A DNA stretch of 64,000 nucleotides from Actinomycetales bacterium (GTDB lineage: Bacteria > Actinomycetota > Actinomycetes > Actinomycetales > CAVURS01), in contig JBJMHS010000032.1 in NCBI GenBank assembly GCA_045807245.1, positions 1 to 64,000 on the forward strand. The letters are read 5' to 3'. Position 1 is the first letter of the stretch. The number at the start of each line of letters is the position of its first letter. This document shows positions 33,566 to 45,864 of this stretch, in pieces. The notes beneath the pieces were generated by a model that worked only from the letters and a program-made list of their open reading frames with translations, made no database searches and was not told the origin of the DNA. A program made the translations under genes and the position numbers.

Positions 33566-34449
33566 CCTTGCTCGACCGCGTCGCCGCTGCTCCCATCTCC
33601 TGGGGCGTGTGCGAGGTGCCGGGCTGGGGCTACCAGCTCGGGCCGGAGCGAGTGCTGCGTGAGATGGCCGATGTCGGGGTGCGCGCGACCGAGTTCGGGC
33701 CCGACGGCTTCCTGCCCGACTCTCCGGCTGCGAAGGTGGAAACCCTTGCCGCGTATGGCCTTCGGGCGGTCGGCGGCTTCGTCCCGGTCGTCCTGCACGA
33801 ACCGAGCCACGACCCGCTCCCGGAGATCGACCGGCAGCTCGACTCGTTCGTCGCCGCCGGCGCCGGGACGATCGTCCTGGCCGCCGCGACCGGACGTGAC
33901 GGGTACGACGGGCGTCCCGTCCTCGACGCCTACGGCTGGCGAGCGCTGCTCGGCAACGTCGACCGCTGCGCCGACCGGGCGGCCCAGCGGGGTGTGACGG
34001 CGACGTTGCACCCCCATGTCGGCACCATGGTCGAGCAGTCGGACGAGGTCGAGCGCGTCCTGGACGGCAGCGGCATCGGGCTCTGCCTGGACACCGGGCA
34101 CCTGCTGGTGGGAGGAACGGACCCGGTCGCGCTGGCCCGCGCGGCGACGACCCGCATCGCGCACACCCATCTCAAGGACGTGGACGCCACCTGGGCGACG
34201 AAGGTGCAGGCGGGCGACACGACGTACACCGAGGCGGTCAGCGGGGGGATGTACCGCCCGCTCGGCCACGGGGATGTCGACATCGCGGCGATCGTCCAGG
34301 TGCTCGAGGGCGCCGGGTACGCCGGCTGGTACGTCATGGAGCAGGACACCGTCCTGGCCGACGAGCCCGCGGGTGAGGGACCCCTGGCCGATGTCCGCAC
34401 GTCCATCGCGTTCCTGGCGGGGCTGGCGGGGCTGGCGGAGCCGGCGTGA
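33562..34449 (+). CDS. iolE: Inosose dehydratase (IolE-like TIM barrel)
   Basis: APISWGVCE, HPHVGT, LDTGH, HLKD, EQD. Confidence 0.8.
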   Translation: MTLLDRVAAAPISWGVCEVPGWGYQLGPERVLREMADVGVRATEFGPDGFLPDSPAAKVETLAAYGLRAVGGFVPVVLHEPSHDPLPEIDRQLDSFVAAGAGTIVLAAATGRDGYDGRPVLDAYGWRALLGNVDRCADRAAQRGVTATLHPHVGTMVEQSDEVERVLDGSGIGLCLDTGHLLVGGTDPVALARAATTRIAHTHLKDVDATWATKVQAGDTTYTEAVSGGMYRPLGHGDVDIAAIVQVLEGAGYAGWYVMEQDTVLADEPAGEGPLADVRTSIAFLAGLAGLAEPA

Positions 34450-35441
34450 GCTTCGGAACCGCACCTTCGACGCCGTACGACGTCCTGACCATCGGGAGGG
34501 TCGGGGTCGACCTCTACCCGCTGCAGACCGGGCTCGGGCTCGCGGACGTCGAGACGTTCGGCAAGTTCCTCGGCGGCTCGGCCACCAACGTGGCCGTGGC
34601 CGCGGCCCGGCACGGCCGGCGCAGCGCGGTGATCACCCGGACGGGGGCCGACCCGTTCGGCGAGTACGTGCACCGGCAGCTGCGCGAGCTCGGTGTCGAC
34701 GACCGGTTCGTGTCGCCGGTCGACGGTCTCCCGACACCGGTGACGTTCTGCGAGATCTTCCCTCCCGACGACTTCCCCCTGTACTTCTACCGGCTGCCCA
34801 AGGCCCCGGACCTCGAGATCCGGCCCGACGAGCTGGACCTCGCCGCCGTGACCCAGGCGCAGGTGTTCTGGGCCACCGTGACCGGGCTCTCGCAGGAGCC
34901 GAGCCGGGCCGCCCACCATGCGGCCTGGCAGGCTCGCGACCGCCGGCGCCTGACTGTGCTCGATCTCGACTACCGGCCCATGTTCTGGCCGTCGCAGGCC
35001 GTAGCGCACGAGCAGGTCGCGGCCGCCCTGCCGCACGTCACCGTCGCCGTGGGCAACCTCGACGAGTGTGAGACCGCCGTGGGCGAGCGCGAGCCGGATG
35101 CCGCGGCCAAAGCGCTGCTCGCGGCGGGCGTCGAGCTCGCGGTGGTGAAGCAGGGTCCGCGCGGCGTGCTCGCGATGACCCGCGACGAGCGCGTCGAGGT
35201 GCCGCCGACCCCCGTCCACGTGGTCAACGGGCTCGGAGCCGGCGACGGCTTCGGCGGCGCGCTCTGCCACGGCCTGCTGTCCGGGTGGCCGCTCGAGCGA
35301 GTGCTGCGGTTCGCGAACGCGGCGGGCGCGATCGTGGCGTCCCGGCTCGAGTGCTCCACGGCGATGCCGACGAGCGCCGAGGTGGAGGCCTTGCTGGCCG
35401 AGCGCTCCGGAGCCGACGGGAAGGCGGCGGAGCGTGTCTGA
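34446..35441 (+). CDS. iolC: 5-dehydro-2-deoxygluconokinase
   Basis: IGRVGVDLYP, GGSATNVAV, DLDYRP, NGLGAGDGF. Confidence 0.93.
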   Translation: MSFGTAPSTPYDVLTIGRVGVDLYPLQTGLGLADVETFGKFLGGSATNVAVAAARHGRRSAVITRTGADPFGEYVHRQLRELGVDDRFVSPVDGLPTPVTFCEIFPPDDFPLYFYRLPKAPDLEIRPDELDLAAVTQAQVFWATVTGLSQEPSRAAHHAAWQARDRRRLTVLDLDYRPMFWPSQAVAHEQVAAALPHVTVAVGNLDECETAVGEREPDAAAKALLAAGVELAVVKQGPRGVLAMTRDERVEVPPTPVHVVNGLGAGDGFGGALCHGLLSGWPLERVLRFANAAGAIVASRLECSTAMPTSAEVEALLAERSGADGKAAERV

Positions 35442-36324
35442 CGTCAGCGTTGACCTCGACACCATCCGGCAGATTCGCGCCCTGCACCCGGAGCAGGTCG
35501 CCGAGGCCGCGGCGGCCCGCGTCCCGCGACCGATGCTGCGCGGCGACAACCGGCTCATGCTGGTGGCGGCCGACCATCCGGCTCGCGGCGCCCTCGGTGT
35601 GCGCGGGGTGGCCACGGCGATGGAGAACCGCGCCGACCTGCTCACCCGGCTGGTGCGGGCGCTGCGGCGCCCGGGGGTCGACGGCGTCCTGGGCTCGCCG
35701 GACATCCTCGAGGACCTGCTCCTGCTCGGGGAGCTGGACGACAAGGTCGTGTTCGGCTCGATGAACCGCGGCGGCCTGCAGGGTGCGACCTTCGAGCTGG
35801 ACGACCGCTTCACGGCGTACGACGTGGCGACTCTGCGGCGGATGAAGTTCGACGGCGGCAAGATGCTGGTGCGCGTCGACCTGCACGATGCCGGGACCGT
35901 GCGCACGTTGGAGCACTGCGCCGCCGCGGTGACGGAGCTGGCCCGCCACGCGATGCCGGCGATGATCGAGCCGTTCATGGCCTCGCGGCAGGGCGACCGG
36001 GTGGTCAACGAGCTGACCGCCGCCGGCGTGGCCAAGTCGGCCGGCATCGCGAGCTCGCTCGGGGCCACCAGCGCCTACAGCTGGCTGAAGCTCCCGGTGG
36101 TGGACGGCATGGACCGGGTCATGGCAGCGACGACGCTGCCCACCCTGCTCCTCGGCGGTGACCCGTCCACCGAGCCGGAGGAGACGTACGCGACCTGGGC
36201 CAAGGCGCTGGCGCTGCCCGGCGTGCGTGGGCTCGTGGTCGGCCGGGCCCTGCTCTACCCGCCGGACGGCGGGGTCGAGTCAGCGGTCGACACCGCGGTC
36301 TCGCTGGTGCGGGAGACCGGATGA
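35434..36324 (+). CDS. Class I aldolase-like TIM barrel (Cgl0159 type), probable IolJ substitute
   Basis: AADHPARG, GSMNRGGL, WLKLP, LLGGDP, VVGRALLYP; inside the iol operon. Confidence 0.75.
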   Translation: MSDVSVDLDTIRQIRALHPEQVAEAAAARVPRPMLRGDNRLMLVAADHPARGALGVRGVATAMENRADLLTRLVRALRRPGVDGVLGSPDILEDLLLLGELDDKVVFGSMNRGGLQGATFELDDRFTAYDVATLRRMKFDGGKMLVRVDLHDAGTVRTLEHCAAAVTELARHAMPAMIEPFMASRQGDRVVNELTAAGVAKSAGIASSLGATSAYSWLKLPVVDGMDRVMAATTLPTLLLGGDPSTEPEETYATWAKALALPGVRGLVVGRALLYPPDGGVESAVDTAVSLVRETG

Positions 36325-37241
36325 GCGCGGCGACGGCAGTGACGGGTGACGAGCGGCTGGTCCGCCGGGCAAGCAGCTCGGCGTCGGCCCCGTACGTCGT
36401 CGACATCTCGGCCGACGACGCGGGATGGGGCTACTGCGGGCTGCGCGTGCTGACCCTCACCCCGGAAGCGCCGATCCGGCTCGACACCCGTGACAGCGAG
36501 ACGCTCGTCGTACCGCTCTCCGGCTCGGTCGCAGTCGCCTGCGACGACCAGACCTTGGAGCTCGCCGGGCGGTCGTCGGTGTTCGCCGGGCCGACCGACT
36601 TCGCCTACCTGCCAACGGGATCCAAGGCCACGCTGGTCAGCGCGACCGGCGGCCGGTTCGCCCTGCCCTCCGCCCGCACCGACCGGCGGTTGCCCTTCCG
36701 GTACGGTCCAGCCGACGGCGTGGCGGTGGAGCTGCGCGGTGCCGGCCAATGCTCGCGCCAGGTCAACAACTTCTGTACGCCGGAGACGTTCGACGCCGAT
36801 GCCCTGATCGCCTGCGAGGTGCTCACCCCCGCGGGCAACTGGTCGTCGTACCCGCCGCACAAGCACGACGAGGCTCGCGCCCTCGACGGGGTCGCGGTCG
36901 AGGCGGAGCTCGAGGAGATCTACTACTTCGAAGTGGCGGGAGAGGGCGGAGTCGCCTACCACCGCGTCTACGGCACCGCAGACCGGCCGGTCGACGTCCT
37001 GGCCGAGGTGCGCAGCGGTGACGTGGTGCTCGTGCCGCACGGCTGGCACGGCCCCTCGATGGCAGCGCCCGGCTACGACCTGTACTACCTCAACGTCATG
37101 GCCGGGCCTGGCGACGAGCGGGCGTGGCTCATCTGCGACGACCCCACGCACAGCTGGGTCCGCGACAGCTGGGTCGGCCAGGCGGTCGACCCAAGGCTCC
37201 CGTTCAGCCGCACCGCACCGGCGGATGGAAGCGCATCGTGA
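36321..37241 (+). CDS. iolB: 5-deoxy-glucuronate isomerase
   Basis: GNWSSYPPHKHD, LEEIYY, GWHGP, YYLNVMAG. Confidence 0.94.
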   Translation: MSAATAVTGDERLVRRASSSASAPYVVDISADDAGWGYCGLRVLTLTPEAPIRLDTRDSETLVVPLSGSVAVACDDQTLELAGRSSVFAGPTDFAYLPTGSKATLVSATGGRFALPSARTDRRLPFRYGPADGVAVELRGAGQCSRQVNNFCTPETFDADALIACEVLTPAGNWSSYPPHKHDEARALDGVAVEAELEEIYYFEVAGEGGVAYHRVYGTADRPVDVLAEVRSGDVVLVPHGWHGPSMAAPGYDLYYLNVMAGPGDERAWLICDDPTHSWVRDSWVGQAVDPRLPFSRTAPADGSAS

Positions 37242-39133
37242 CCACCGAGCGGCTCACGGTCGGACAGGCCGTCGTGCGCTTCCTCGCCGCGCAGCACAGC
37301 GAGCGTGACGGGGTGCGGCACCGCCTGGTCGAGGGCTGTTTCGGCATCTTCGGGCACGGCAACGTCGCCGGGATCGGTCAGGCGTTGCTCGAGGCCGAGC
37401 TCCAGACTCCGGGCGCGCTGCCCTACTACCAAGGCCGGAACGAGCAAGGGATGGTCCATGCCGCAACGGGTTTCGCCCGGATGCGCAACCGCCTCTCGAC
37501 ACTGGCCTGCACGGCGTCGGTCGGCCCGGGCTCGACCAACATGGTGACGGGTGCGGCGCTGGCCACCATCAACCGCCTGCCCGTGCTGTTGCTGCCCGGC
37601 GACGTCTTCGCTACCCGGGTCGCGAGCCCGGTCCTCCAGGAGCTCGAGGACCCCACGACGTACGACATCTCGGTCAACGACACGCTTCGACCGGTGTCGC
37701 GCTTCTTCGACCGCATCAACCGTCCGGAGCAGCTCGCGTCGTCTTTGCTGGCGGCGATGCGGGTGTTGACCGACCCGGTGCAGACGGGCGCGGTCACCAT
37801 CTCACTGCCGCAGGACGTGCAGGCCGAGGCGCACGACTTCCCGACCGAGCTGTTCACCGAACGGGTCTGGCCCGTGGCCCGCCCGCTCCCGGAGCGCGAC
37901 GTACTGGTGCGTGCGGCGCACCTCATCCGGTCGGCGCAGCGCCCGCTGATCGTGGCCGGTGGCGGCGTCATCTACAGCGAGGCGACCGACGCTCTGCGGA
38001 CGTTCGCCGAGGCAGCCGGCATCCCGGTCGCCGAGACGCAGGCGGGCAAGGGCTCGTTGCCGTACGACCACCCTCAGGCCCTGGGCGCGATCGGTGCCAC
38101 TGGTACGACGGCCGCGAACACCGTTGCGCGAGAAGCGGATCTGGTCATCGGCATCGGGACCCGGTGGAGCGACTTCACCACGGCGTCGCGCTCAGCCTTC
38201 GCTGCGGACGGCGTGAGGTTCGTCAACATCAACGTCGCCTCCTTCGACGCCGCCAAGCACTCCGGCCTGTCCGTCGTGGCCGACGCGCGGGTCGCCCTCG
38301 AGCTGCTCGCGGAGGCGCTGGACGGGCACGCCGTCGACGCGGCGTACCGCGAGCGGTGCACCCGGCTGGCCGCCGAGTGGGACCAGACCGTCGAGCGCGC
38401 CTACACGTTGGGGCACGGGCCGTTGCCGGCCCAGTCGGAGGTGCTCGGCGTCGTCAACGCGGTGAGCGAGCCACGCGACGTCGTGGTCTGTGCCGCAGGC
38501 TCGATGCCCGGCGACCTGCACAAGCTGTGGCGGACGCGTGACCCCAAGGGCTACCACGTCGAGTACGGCTACTCCTGCATGGGCTACGAGATCGCCGGCG
38601 GGCTCGGCGTGAAGCTGGCCGCGCCCGAGCGCGAGGTCTTCGTCATGGTGGGCGACGGCTCCTACCTGATGATGGCCCAGGAGCTCGTCACCGCCGTGCA
38701 GGAGGGCCTCAAGCTCGTCGTCGTCCTGGTGCAGAACCACGGCTTCGCCTCGATCGGTGCGCTGTCCGAGTCGGTCGGGAGCCAGCGGTTCGGCACCCGC
38801 TACCGGTACCGCGCCGGCACTGCGGCCGAGGGCGGCCGGCTGGACGGCGAGGTCCTGCCCGTGGACCTGGCCGCCAACGCCGCCAGCCTGGGAGCAGACG
38901 TGATCCGCGTTTCCGGGGTCGGCGAGCTCCGCAAGGCGCTCGAGCAGGCCCGCGCGTCACGCCGTACGACGGTCGTCCACATCGAGACCGACCCTCTCGT
39001 CGCCGCACCCTCGAGCGAGTCGTGGTGGGACGTGCCGGTCGCCGAGATTTCGCACCTGGACAGCACGGCCACGGCCAGGGCGTCGTACGAGACGGCGAAG
39101 AAAGCCCAGCAGAACTACCTGGACCCACCATGA
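37238..39133 (+). CDS. iolD: 3D-(3,5/4)-trihydroxycyclohexane-1,2-dione acylhydrolase
   Basis: GIFGHGNVAG, RNEQGM, YHVEYGYSCMGYEIAG, GDGSYLM. Confidence 0.96.
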   Translation: MTTERLTVGQAVVRFLAAQHSERDGVRHRLVEGCFGIFGHGNVAGIGQALLEAELQTPGALPYYQGRNEQGMVHAATGFARMRNRLSTLACTASVGPGSTNMVTGAALATINRLPVLLLPGDVFATRVASPVLQELEDPTTYDISVNDTLRPVSRFFDRINRPEQLASSLLAAMRVLTDPVQTGAVTISLPQDVQAEAHDFPTELFTERVWPVARPLPERDVLVRAAHLIRSAQRPLIVAGGGVIYSEATDALRTFAEAAGIPVAETQAGKGSLPYDHPQALGAIGATGTTAANTVAREADLVIGIGTRWSDFTTASRSAFAADGVRFVNINVASFDAAKHSGLSVVADARVALELLAEALDGHAVDAAYRERCTRLAAEWDQTVERAYTLGHGPLPAQSEVLGVVNAVSEPRDVVVCAAGSMPGDLHKLWRTRDPKGYHVEYGYSCMGYEIAGGLGVKLAAPEREVFVMVGDGSYLMMAQELVTAVQEGLKLVVVLVQNHGFASIGALSESVGSQRFGTRYRYRAGTAAEGGRLDGEVLPVDLAANAASLGADVIRVSGVGELRKALEQARASRRTTVVHIETDPLVAAPSSESWWDVPVAEISHLDSTATARASYETAKKAQQNYLDPP

Positions 39134-39191
39134 TCCGGCCAGAGACGATGCACGGGACCGGTAGGACAGCGACGCACGGAGGGCACGGAGC

Positions 39192-40688
<1,497 letters not shown>

Positions 40689-40781
40689 CGCTCGACCACA
40701 CCCGTCCGGGAAGGGCCGCCCGGCGCAGTAACGATCAGCATCCGCCGATCAGCTCGGTCTCAACGATGAGAGGACCCCATT

Positions 40782-41762
40782 GTGTTGACGAGAAAGAGAA
40801 AGCTGCTGGCCCTCGGGTTGGCTCTCCCCCTCGCCCTCGTGGCGTGCACCTCCAGCGGGTCGAAGGGCACGAGCAGCTCCAGCTCGGGCAGTGGCGGCGC
40901 CGGCAAGTATGGCTTCAAGATCGCGGTCGTCACTCACGGCGCCGTGGGCGACACCTTCTGGGACGTGGTCAAGAAGGGCGCTCTGCAGGCCGGTAAGGAC
41001 GAGGGCGACAACGTCACCTACCAGAGCGACGGCGACCCGCAGAAGCAGTCCCAGCTGATCGATGCCGCTGTCAACGAGAAGGTCGACGGTCTGGTCGTGT
41101 CGATGGCCAACCCCGACGCTCTCAAGGGGTCCATCGAGAAGGCCGTGCAGGCCGGCATCCCGGTCATCACGATCAACTCCGGCCAGGACAAGTCGGCCGA
41201 GTTCGGCGCCCTCGCCCACGTCGGCCAGGACGAGACGATCGCCGGTGAGGGTGCCGGCGAGAAGATGAAGGCTGAGGGCGTCACCAAGGCGATCTGCGTG
41301 ATCCAGGAGGCCGGCAACGTCGGTCTCGAGCAGCGCTGTGCAGGCTTCAAGCAAGGCCTGGGCGGGGACGTGCAGAACGTGCAGGTCCAGAACTCCGACC
41401 CGACCGGCGCGCAGTCGATCATCAAGGCCAAGCTGGCTGCCGACAAGTCGATCAACGGCGTCCTCACCCTGGGCCCGGTCATCGGCAAGGCGGCTCTGGG
41501 TGCGGTGCAGGGCAACAGCGTCAAGCTGGCGACCTTCGACCTCAACGCCGACGTCACCAAGGCCATCGCCGACGGACAGATGCTGTTCGCGGTGGACCAG
41601 CAGCAGTACGTCCAGGGCTACCTGCCCATCGTGATGCTGACGCTGTACAAGGCCAACCTGAACACCATCGGTGGTGGGCACCCGGTCCTGACCGGCCCCG
41701 GCTTCGTCACCAAGGACAACGCATCCCAGGTGCAGCAGCTGGCTGCCGCGGGCACTCGCTGA
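40782..41762 (+). CDS. Inositol/sugar ABC transporter substrate-binding lipoprotein
   Basis: Lipobox LVAC; THG...FW.VV, DQQQYVQGY. Confidence 0.9.
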   Translation: MLTRKRKLLALGLALPLALVACTSSGSKGTSSSSSGSGGAGKYGFKIAVVTHGAVGDTFWDVVKKGALQAGKDEGDNVTYQSDGDPQKQSQLIDAAVNEKVDGLVVSMANPDALKGSIEKAVQAGIPVITINSGQDKSAEFGALAHVGQDETIAGEGAGEKMKAEGVTKAICVIQEAGNVGLEQRCAGFKQGLGGDVQNVQVQNSDPTGAQSIIKAKLAADKSINGVLTLGPVIGKAALGAVQGNSVKLATFDLNADVTKAIADGQMLFAVDQQQYVQGYLPIVMLTLYKANLNTIGGGHPVLTGPGFVTKDNASQVQQLAAAGTR

Positions 41763-41768
41763 TCCGGT

Positions 41769-41801
41769 CCGGCGGGGAGGGGCAATGTCCCTCCCCGCCG
41801 G
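41769..41801 (+). terminator. Stem-loop after the SBP gene (attenuating or mRNA-stabilising)
   Basis: 13-bp stem CCGGCGGGGAGGG/CCCTCCCCGCCGG. Confidence 0.6.
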
Positions 41802-41837
41802 TCGACGAACGTTGGACATCACCCAGGAGGTGATCGC

Positions 41838-42878
41838 ATGGCAACAGCCACCGCCCCGGTGGACGAACGGGTTGCGCGGGTCGGGATCGTCCGGGCTCTG
41901 CTGCTCAAGCCCGAGTTCGGTTCCGTCGTCGGCGCCATCATCATTTTCGTCTTCTTCTCGACACAGAGCGACGTCTTCCGGTCCGGCAACGGCATTGCGA
42001 ACTGGTTGGATCCGGCGTCGACGTACGGCATCATGGCGGTCTCGGTCGCACTGCTGATGATCGGCGGCCACTTCGACCTTTCAGCCGGCGTACAGCTCGC
42101 GACCGCCGGCCTGACGACGGCCGTCCTCACCGTCAACTACCACCTCTACGTCTGGGCGTCGCTGCTCGTCTCGCTGCTCGTGGTGCTGGCGATCGGGGCG
42201 TTCAACGGCTATCTGGTCGTCCGGACGAAGCTGCCGAGCTTCATCATCACGCTCGCGACTTTCCTGGCGTTGCAAGGCATCAACCTCGGTGTCACGAAGG
42301 TCATCACCGGCACCGTGCAGGCTGGCGGGGTCGACGAGGAGCCCGGGTTCAGCAGCGTGCAGAACGTCTTCGCCCACGAGATCAAGATCGGCCAGCAGTC
42401 GTTCTACATCGCCATCCTGTGGTGGGTCGTGTTCACCGCCATCGCGTCGTACATCCTCACCCGCACGCGCTTCGGCAACTGGATCTTCGCCATCGGTGGT
42501 GACGAGAACGCCTCGCGCAACGTCGGGGTCCCGGCGGCACGGACGACCATCATCCTGTTCATGATGGTGTCGTTCACCGCGTGGTGGGTCGGCAACACGC
42601 AGCTCTTCCGGCTCACCTCGATCCAGTCGAGCGCCGGCTTCGGCCTCGAGCTGATCTACATCGCGGCCGCCGTCATCGGCGGGTGTCTGCTCACCGGCGG
42701 CTACGGCTCCGCGATCGGGGCCAGTGTCGGCGCGCTCATCATCGGGATGACGTCCCTGGGCATCGTCTATGCCCAGTGGAACAACGACTGGTTCAAGCTG
42801 TTCCTCGGTGCGATGTTGCTGCTGGCCGTGCTGGCCAACCAGTTCGTCCGCCGCTTCGCCGAGCAGTCGAGGAAGTGA
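41838..42878 (+). CDS. Sugar ABC transporter permease
   Basis: FDLSAG, PSFIITL, FAIGG..NASR.VG, AAVIGG. Confidence 0.92.
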   Translation: MATATAPVDERVARVGIVRALLLKPEFGSVVGAIIIFVFFSTQSDVFRSGNGIANWLDPASTYGIMAVSVALLMIGGHFDLSAGVQLATAGLTTAVLTVNYHLYVWASLLVSLLVVLAIGAFNGYLVVRTKLPSFIITLATFLALQGINLGVTKVITGTVQAGGVDEEPGFSSVQNVFAHEIKIGQQSFYIAILWWVVFTAIASYILTRTRFGNWIFAIGGDENASRNVGVPAARTTIILFMMVSFTAWWVGNTQLFRLTSIQSSAGFGLELIYIAAAVIGGCLLTGGYGSAIGASVGALIIGMTSLGIVYAQWNNDWFKLFLGAMLLLAVLANQFVRRFAEQSRK

Positions 42879-42882
42879 GCTC

Positions 42883-43812
42883 ATGACAGCCACCACGACA
42901 ACGCCAACCCCGTCCGCCGACAGTGCGAGCGCTGAGCCCCTGCTCGAGATCCGCAACGTGTCGAAGTACTTCGGCTCGGTCATCTCGCTGAAGGACATCT
43001 CGACGACGGTCCGGGCCGGGCAGGTCACCTGCGTGCTGGGTGACAACGGCGCCGGCAAGTCGACGTTCATCAAGATTCTCTCGGGGGTCCATCATCAGGA
43101 CGAGGGCGAGATCCTCATGGACGGACGGCCGGTGAGCTTCACCTCGCCGCGCGACGCACTGGACGCGGGCATCGCCACCGTGTTCCAGGACCTGGCGATG
43201 ATCCCCCTGATGGCCGTGTGGCGGAACTTCTTCCTCGGCTCGGAGCCGACCAAGGGGTGGGGTCCGTTGAAGCGGTTCGACAAGGCGACGGCCCAGCGGA
43301 TCACCCGCCAGGAGCTGGCCGAGATGGGCATCGACATCCGCAACCCGGACCAGCCGGTCGGCACGCTGTCGGGTGGTGAGCGACAGTCCGTCGCGATCGC
43401 GCGTGCCGTGCACTTCGGTGCCCGGCTGCTGATCCTGGATGAGCCGACGTCAGCGCTCGGCGTTCGGCAGGCGGGCGTCGTGCTGAAGTACATCCTGGCC
43501 GCGCGGGACAAGGGGCTGGGCGTCATCTTCATCACCCACAACCCGCACCACGCCTATCCGGTCGGTGACCGTTTCCTGCTGCTCAAGCGGGGGAAGTCGC
43601 TCGGAGACTTCGCCAAGAACGAGATCTCACGCGAAGAGCTGACCCAGATGATGGCCGGCGGGGCGGAGCTCGAGGAGCTGAGCCACGAGCTCCAGCGGGG
43701 CGGCGCCGGTGCTCCGAAGGAGCTAGCGGACGTCGCGTCCGAGATCAAGGCCGATGCCGTCGACCTCGGCATCGCGGAGACGTCCGTGCCCTCGGAGGCC
43801 ACGGACAGCTGA
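42883..43812 (+). CDS. Sugar ABC transporter ATP-binding protein
   Basis: [27 protein letters not shown]. Confidence 0.94.
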   Translation: MTATTTTPTPSADSASAEPLLEIRNVSKYFGSVISLKDISTTVRAGQVTCVLGDNGAGKSTFIKILSGVHHQDEGEILMDGRPVSFTSPRDALDAGIATVFQDLAMIPLMAVWRNFFLGSEPTKGWGPLKRFDKATAQRITRQELAEMGIDIRNPDQPVGTLSGGERQSVAIARAVHFGARLLILDEPTSALGVRQAGVVLKYILAARDKGLGVIFITHNPHHAYPVGDRFLLLKRGKSLGDFAKNEISREELTQMMAGGAELEELSHELQRGGAGAPKELADVASEIKADAVDLGIAETSVPSEATDS

Positions 43813-43823
43813 CCGACGGTCCT

Positions 43824-43864
43824 GCGGCCCCGGTCCGCCCATCTGCTGGGCGGATCGGGGCCGC
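43824..43864 (+). terminator. Hairpin terminating the iol/ABC operon
   Basis: GCGGCCCCGGTCCGCCCA/TGGGCGGATCGGGGCCGC. Confidence 0.65.
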
Positions 43865-43894
43865 TGACGTCGTTCTAGGCTAGGCAGGCCTCGA

Positions 43895-43967
43895 GCCCCC
43901 GTAGCTCAGGGGATAGAGCAACGGTTTCCTAAACCGTGTGCCGCAGGTTCGAATCCTGCCGGGGGCA
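43895..43967 (+). tRNA. tRNA-Arg(CCT); CCA not fully encoded (ACCG)
   Basis: GCCCCCGTAGCTCAGGGGATAGAGCAACGGTTTCCTAAACCGTGTGCCGCAGGTTCGAATCCTGCCGGGGGCA; anticodon loop TT-CCT-AA. Confidence 0.96.
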
Positions 43968-44024
43968 CCGAACGCCGTATGCAGGGCTCGACAGACGGGC
44001 AACGTGCCGAGACCACCGGAAGCG

Positions 44025-44966
44025 TTAGCCGCTGGACGCCGCCCTCTTGACGCGGAGGCCGGCGTCCAGCTCCGCGAGCGCCGCCTGCAGGCTGACGTGC
44101 GGGGACCATCCCCAACGTGCGGCTCGCTCGGCCAGGATTCGCCCGGTCCACGCGGGGCCTTCCTCCCAGACCGGCTCGAGCCCGAGGGCGCGGGTGACCG
44201 TCCCGATGTAGTCGCGCGCGGTCGCGCGGTCTGCGGCGACGTTGACTGCCGTCCACTCGCCGCTCACCGGGCCGGTCTCGGCGTCGCTGGCCGGCGCGAT
44301 GCGCTCTGTCGCGACGTCGGCGATGAGTGCAACGAGGTCGTCGACGTGGAGCCACGCGAACGTGTGCCGCGGGACGGCGTGACGCTCGGCCTCATCCCTC
44401 AGCATCGCGGCAGGGACCACGGCGTTCCAGTTCGATGTCTCGCCCGACCCGAGGATCGCCGGTGGCCGCACCAGGACCCGGGTGATGCCGTCGACCGCGG
44501 CCAGCGCGGCATCGGTGTCCCGTTTGGTGACCGCGTAGTCGTTGGCGGAGTCCGGCACGAGTCGTGCGTGCTCGTCCACATCGCCGACGCCAGGCGAGCG
44601 GTCGTACACACCTGCGGTCGAGACGTGCACCAGGGTGCCGACTCCCGCGTCGCGCGCCGCTTCGGCGAGCACTGCGGTGCCTTCGACCGCGATGCGTTGC
44701 TGCGTATGGCGATCGGAGCCCATCGGGTGAACGGTCGTGACCACTGCACTAGCGCCGTCGACCACGCTCGCGGCGAGATCGGCGTCATAGAACTCCCCCA
44801 CGTACTCCACTACCCCCGGCAGATCGGGAGCGGTGCCCGCTCGCCGTACGACCGCACGTACGGTGACGCCTCTGTCCACCAGGGCTGCGCAGGTGCGGGC
44901 ACCGACGAACCCGTTCGGCCCGGTGACGACTACGGTCCGGGCGGCGCTCTCTGCGTCGTGGCTCAT
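44025..44966 (-). CDS. NAD-dependent epimerase/dehydratase (extended SDR)
   Basis: VVVTGPNGFVG, VHVST, YAVTK. Confidence 0.88.
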   Translation of the reverse strand: MSHDAESAARTVVVTGPNGFVGARTCAALVDRGVTVRAVVRRAGTAPDLPGVVEYVGEFYDADLAASVVDGASAVVTTVHPMGSDRHTQQRIAVEGTAVLAEAARDAGVGTLVHVSTAGVYDRSPGVGDVDEHARLVPDSANDYAVTKRDTDAALAAVDGITRVLVRPPAILGSGETSNWNAVVPAAMLRDEAERHAVPRHTFAWLHVDDLVALIADVATERIAPASDAETGPVSGEWTAVNVAADRATARDYIGTVTRALGLEPVWEEGPAWTGRILAERAARWGWSPHVSLQAALAELDAGLRVKRAASSG

Positions 44967-45007
44967 GCAGCAACCCTGACACGGGACGGCCAGCTCTTCC
45001 GACTGGG

Positions 45008-45493
45008 TCAGGCGATTCCTTCGAGGGCCTCGTCGAGGCGACCGTAGCCGCGGCCGAGTCCCTCGGTCATGCCGGAGGCGATCCAGCCGTCGCGCATCTC
45101 CTGGTCGACGTACCGAACGGTCAGCTTCATCGAGGTGCGACCATCGGTGCGTTCGCTGAGCTCGAGTGTGTTGGTGCTCGGTCCCGGGAAGTCGTCGAAC
45201 TGCTCGGTGCTGACGATCCGGTGCGGCCGGTCGACCTCGTCGTAGGTGCCGCGGACTCCCATCACGCCGAGGCCGTCCGGCTGGGTGAACACCCAGCGGT
45301 AGCTTCCGCCGACACGTAGGTCTATCTCGCAGGTGGACAGCGGGAACCTCGGGTCCCCCAGCCAGCGGCGCAGGTGCTCGGGTTCGGTCATCGCCCGCCA
45401 CACCTTGTCTGGTGGTGCGTCGAAGTCACGGCGTACGACGATCGACGTGTCGTCGGGCGTGCTCACCTCGAAGGTGCCGGGCCAGATGCTCAC
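45008..45493 (-). CDS. SRPBCC/AHSA1 family protein
   Basis: RRDFDAPPDKVW, DLRVGGSYR, SGMTEG. Confidence 0.88.
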   Translation of the reverse strand: MSIWPGTFEVSTPDDTSIVVRRDFDAPPDKVWRAMTEPEHLRRWLGDPRFPLSTCEIDLRVGGSYRWVFTQPDGLGVMGVRGTYDEVDRPHRIVSTEQFDDFPGPSTNTLELSERTDGRTSMKLTVRYVDQEMRDGWIASGMTEGLGRGYGRLDEALEGIA

Positions 45494-45864
45494 GTACGGT
45501 CCTCCGGGTCGTCGGCCATCGTCTGCAGGTACTCACCGAGCCTGTCGTAGCGCTGCTCCCAGAACTCGCGAAACTCCTCCGCCCACTCCGCCACCTGCTT
45601 CATCGGCTCAGCCTGAAGGGTCGCCGGCCTGGACTGCGCGACCCGTCCGCGGGTCACCAGCCCGGCGCGTTCGAGCACCCGGAGGTGTTTGGAGACGGCC
45701 GGGCCGGTCATGTCGAACGGCTTGCCGATCTCACTGACCGTCGCGGGCCCGCGCCGCAGCCGGGTGAGCATCGCCCGGCGGGTCGGGTCGGCCAGCGCCG
45801 CGAACACCAGCGTCAGCGGATCTCGGGCACTCGAGGGTTTGGTGCCGAGAGCGACGGTGCTCAC
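45490..45864 (-). CDS. ArsR/SmtB family regulator
   Basis: FAALADPTRRAML, AVSKHLRVLERAGLV. Confidence 0.9.
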   Translation of the reverse strand: MSTVALGTKPSSARDPLTLVFAALADPTRRAMLTRLRRGPATVSEIGKPFDMTGPAVSKHLRVLERAGLVTRGRVAQSRPATLQAEPMKQVAEWAEEFREFWEQRYDRLGEYLQTMADDPEDRT

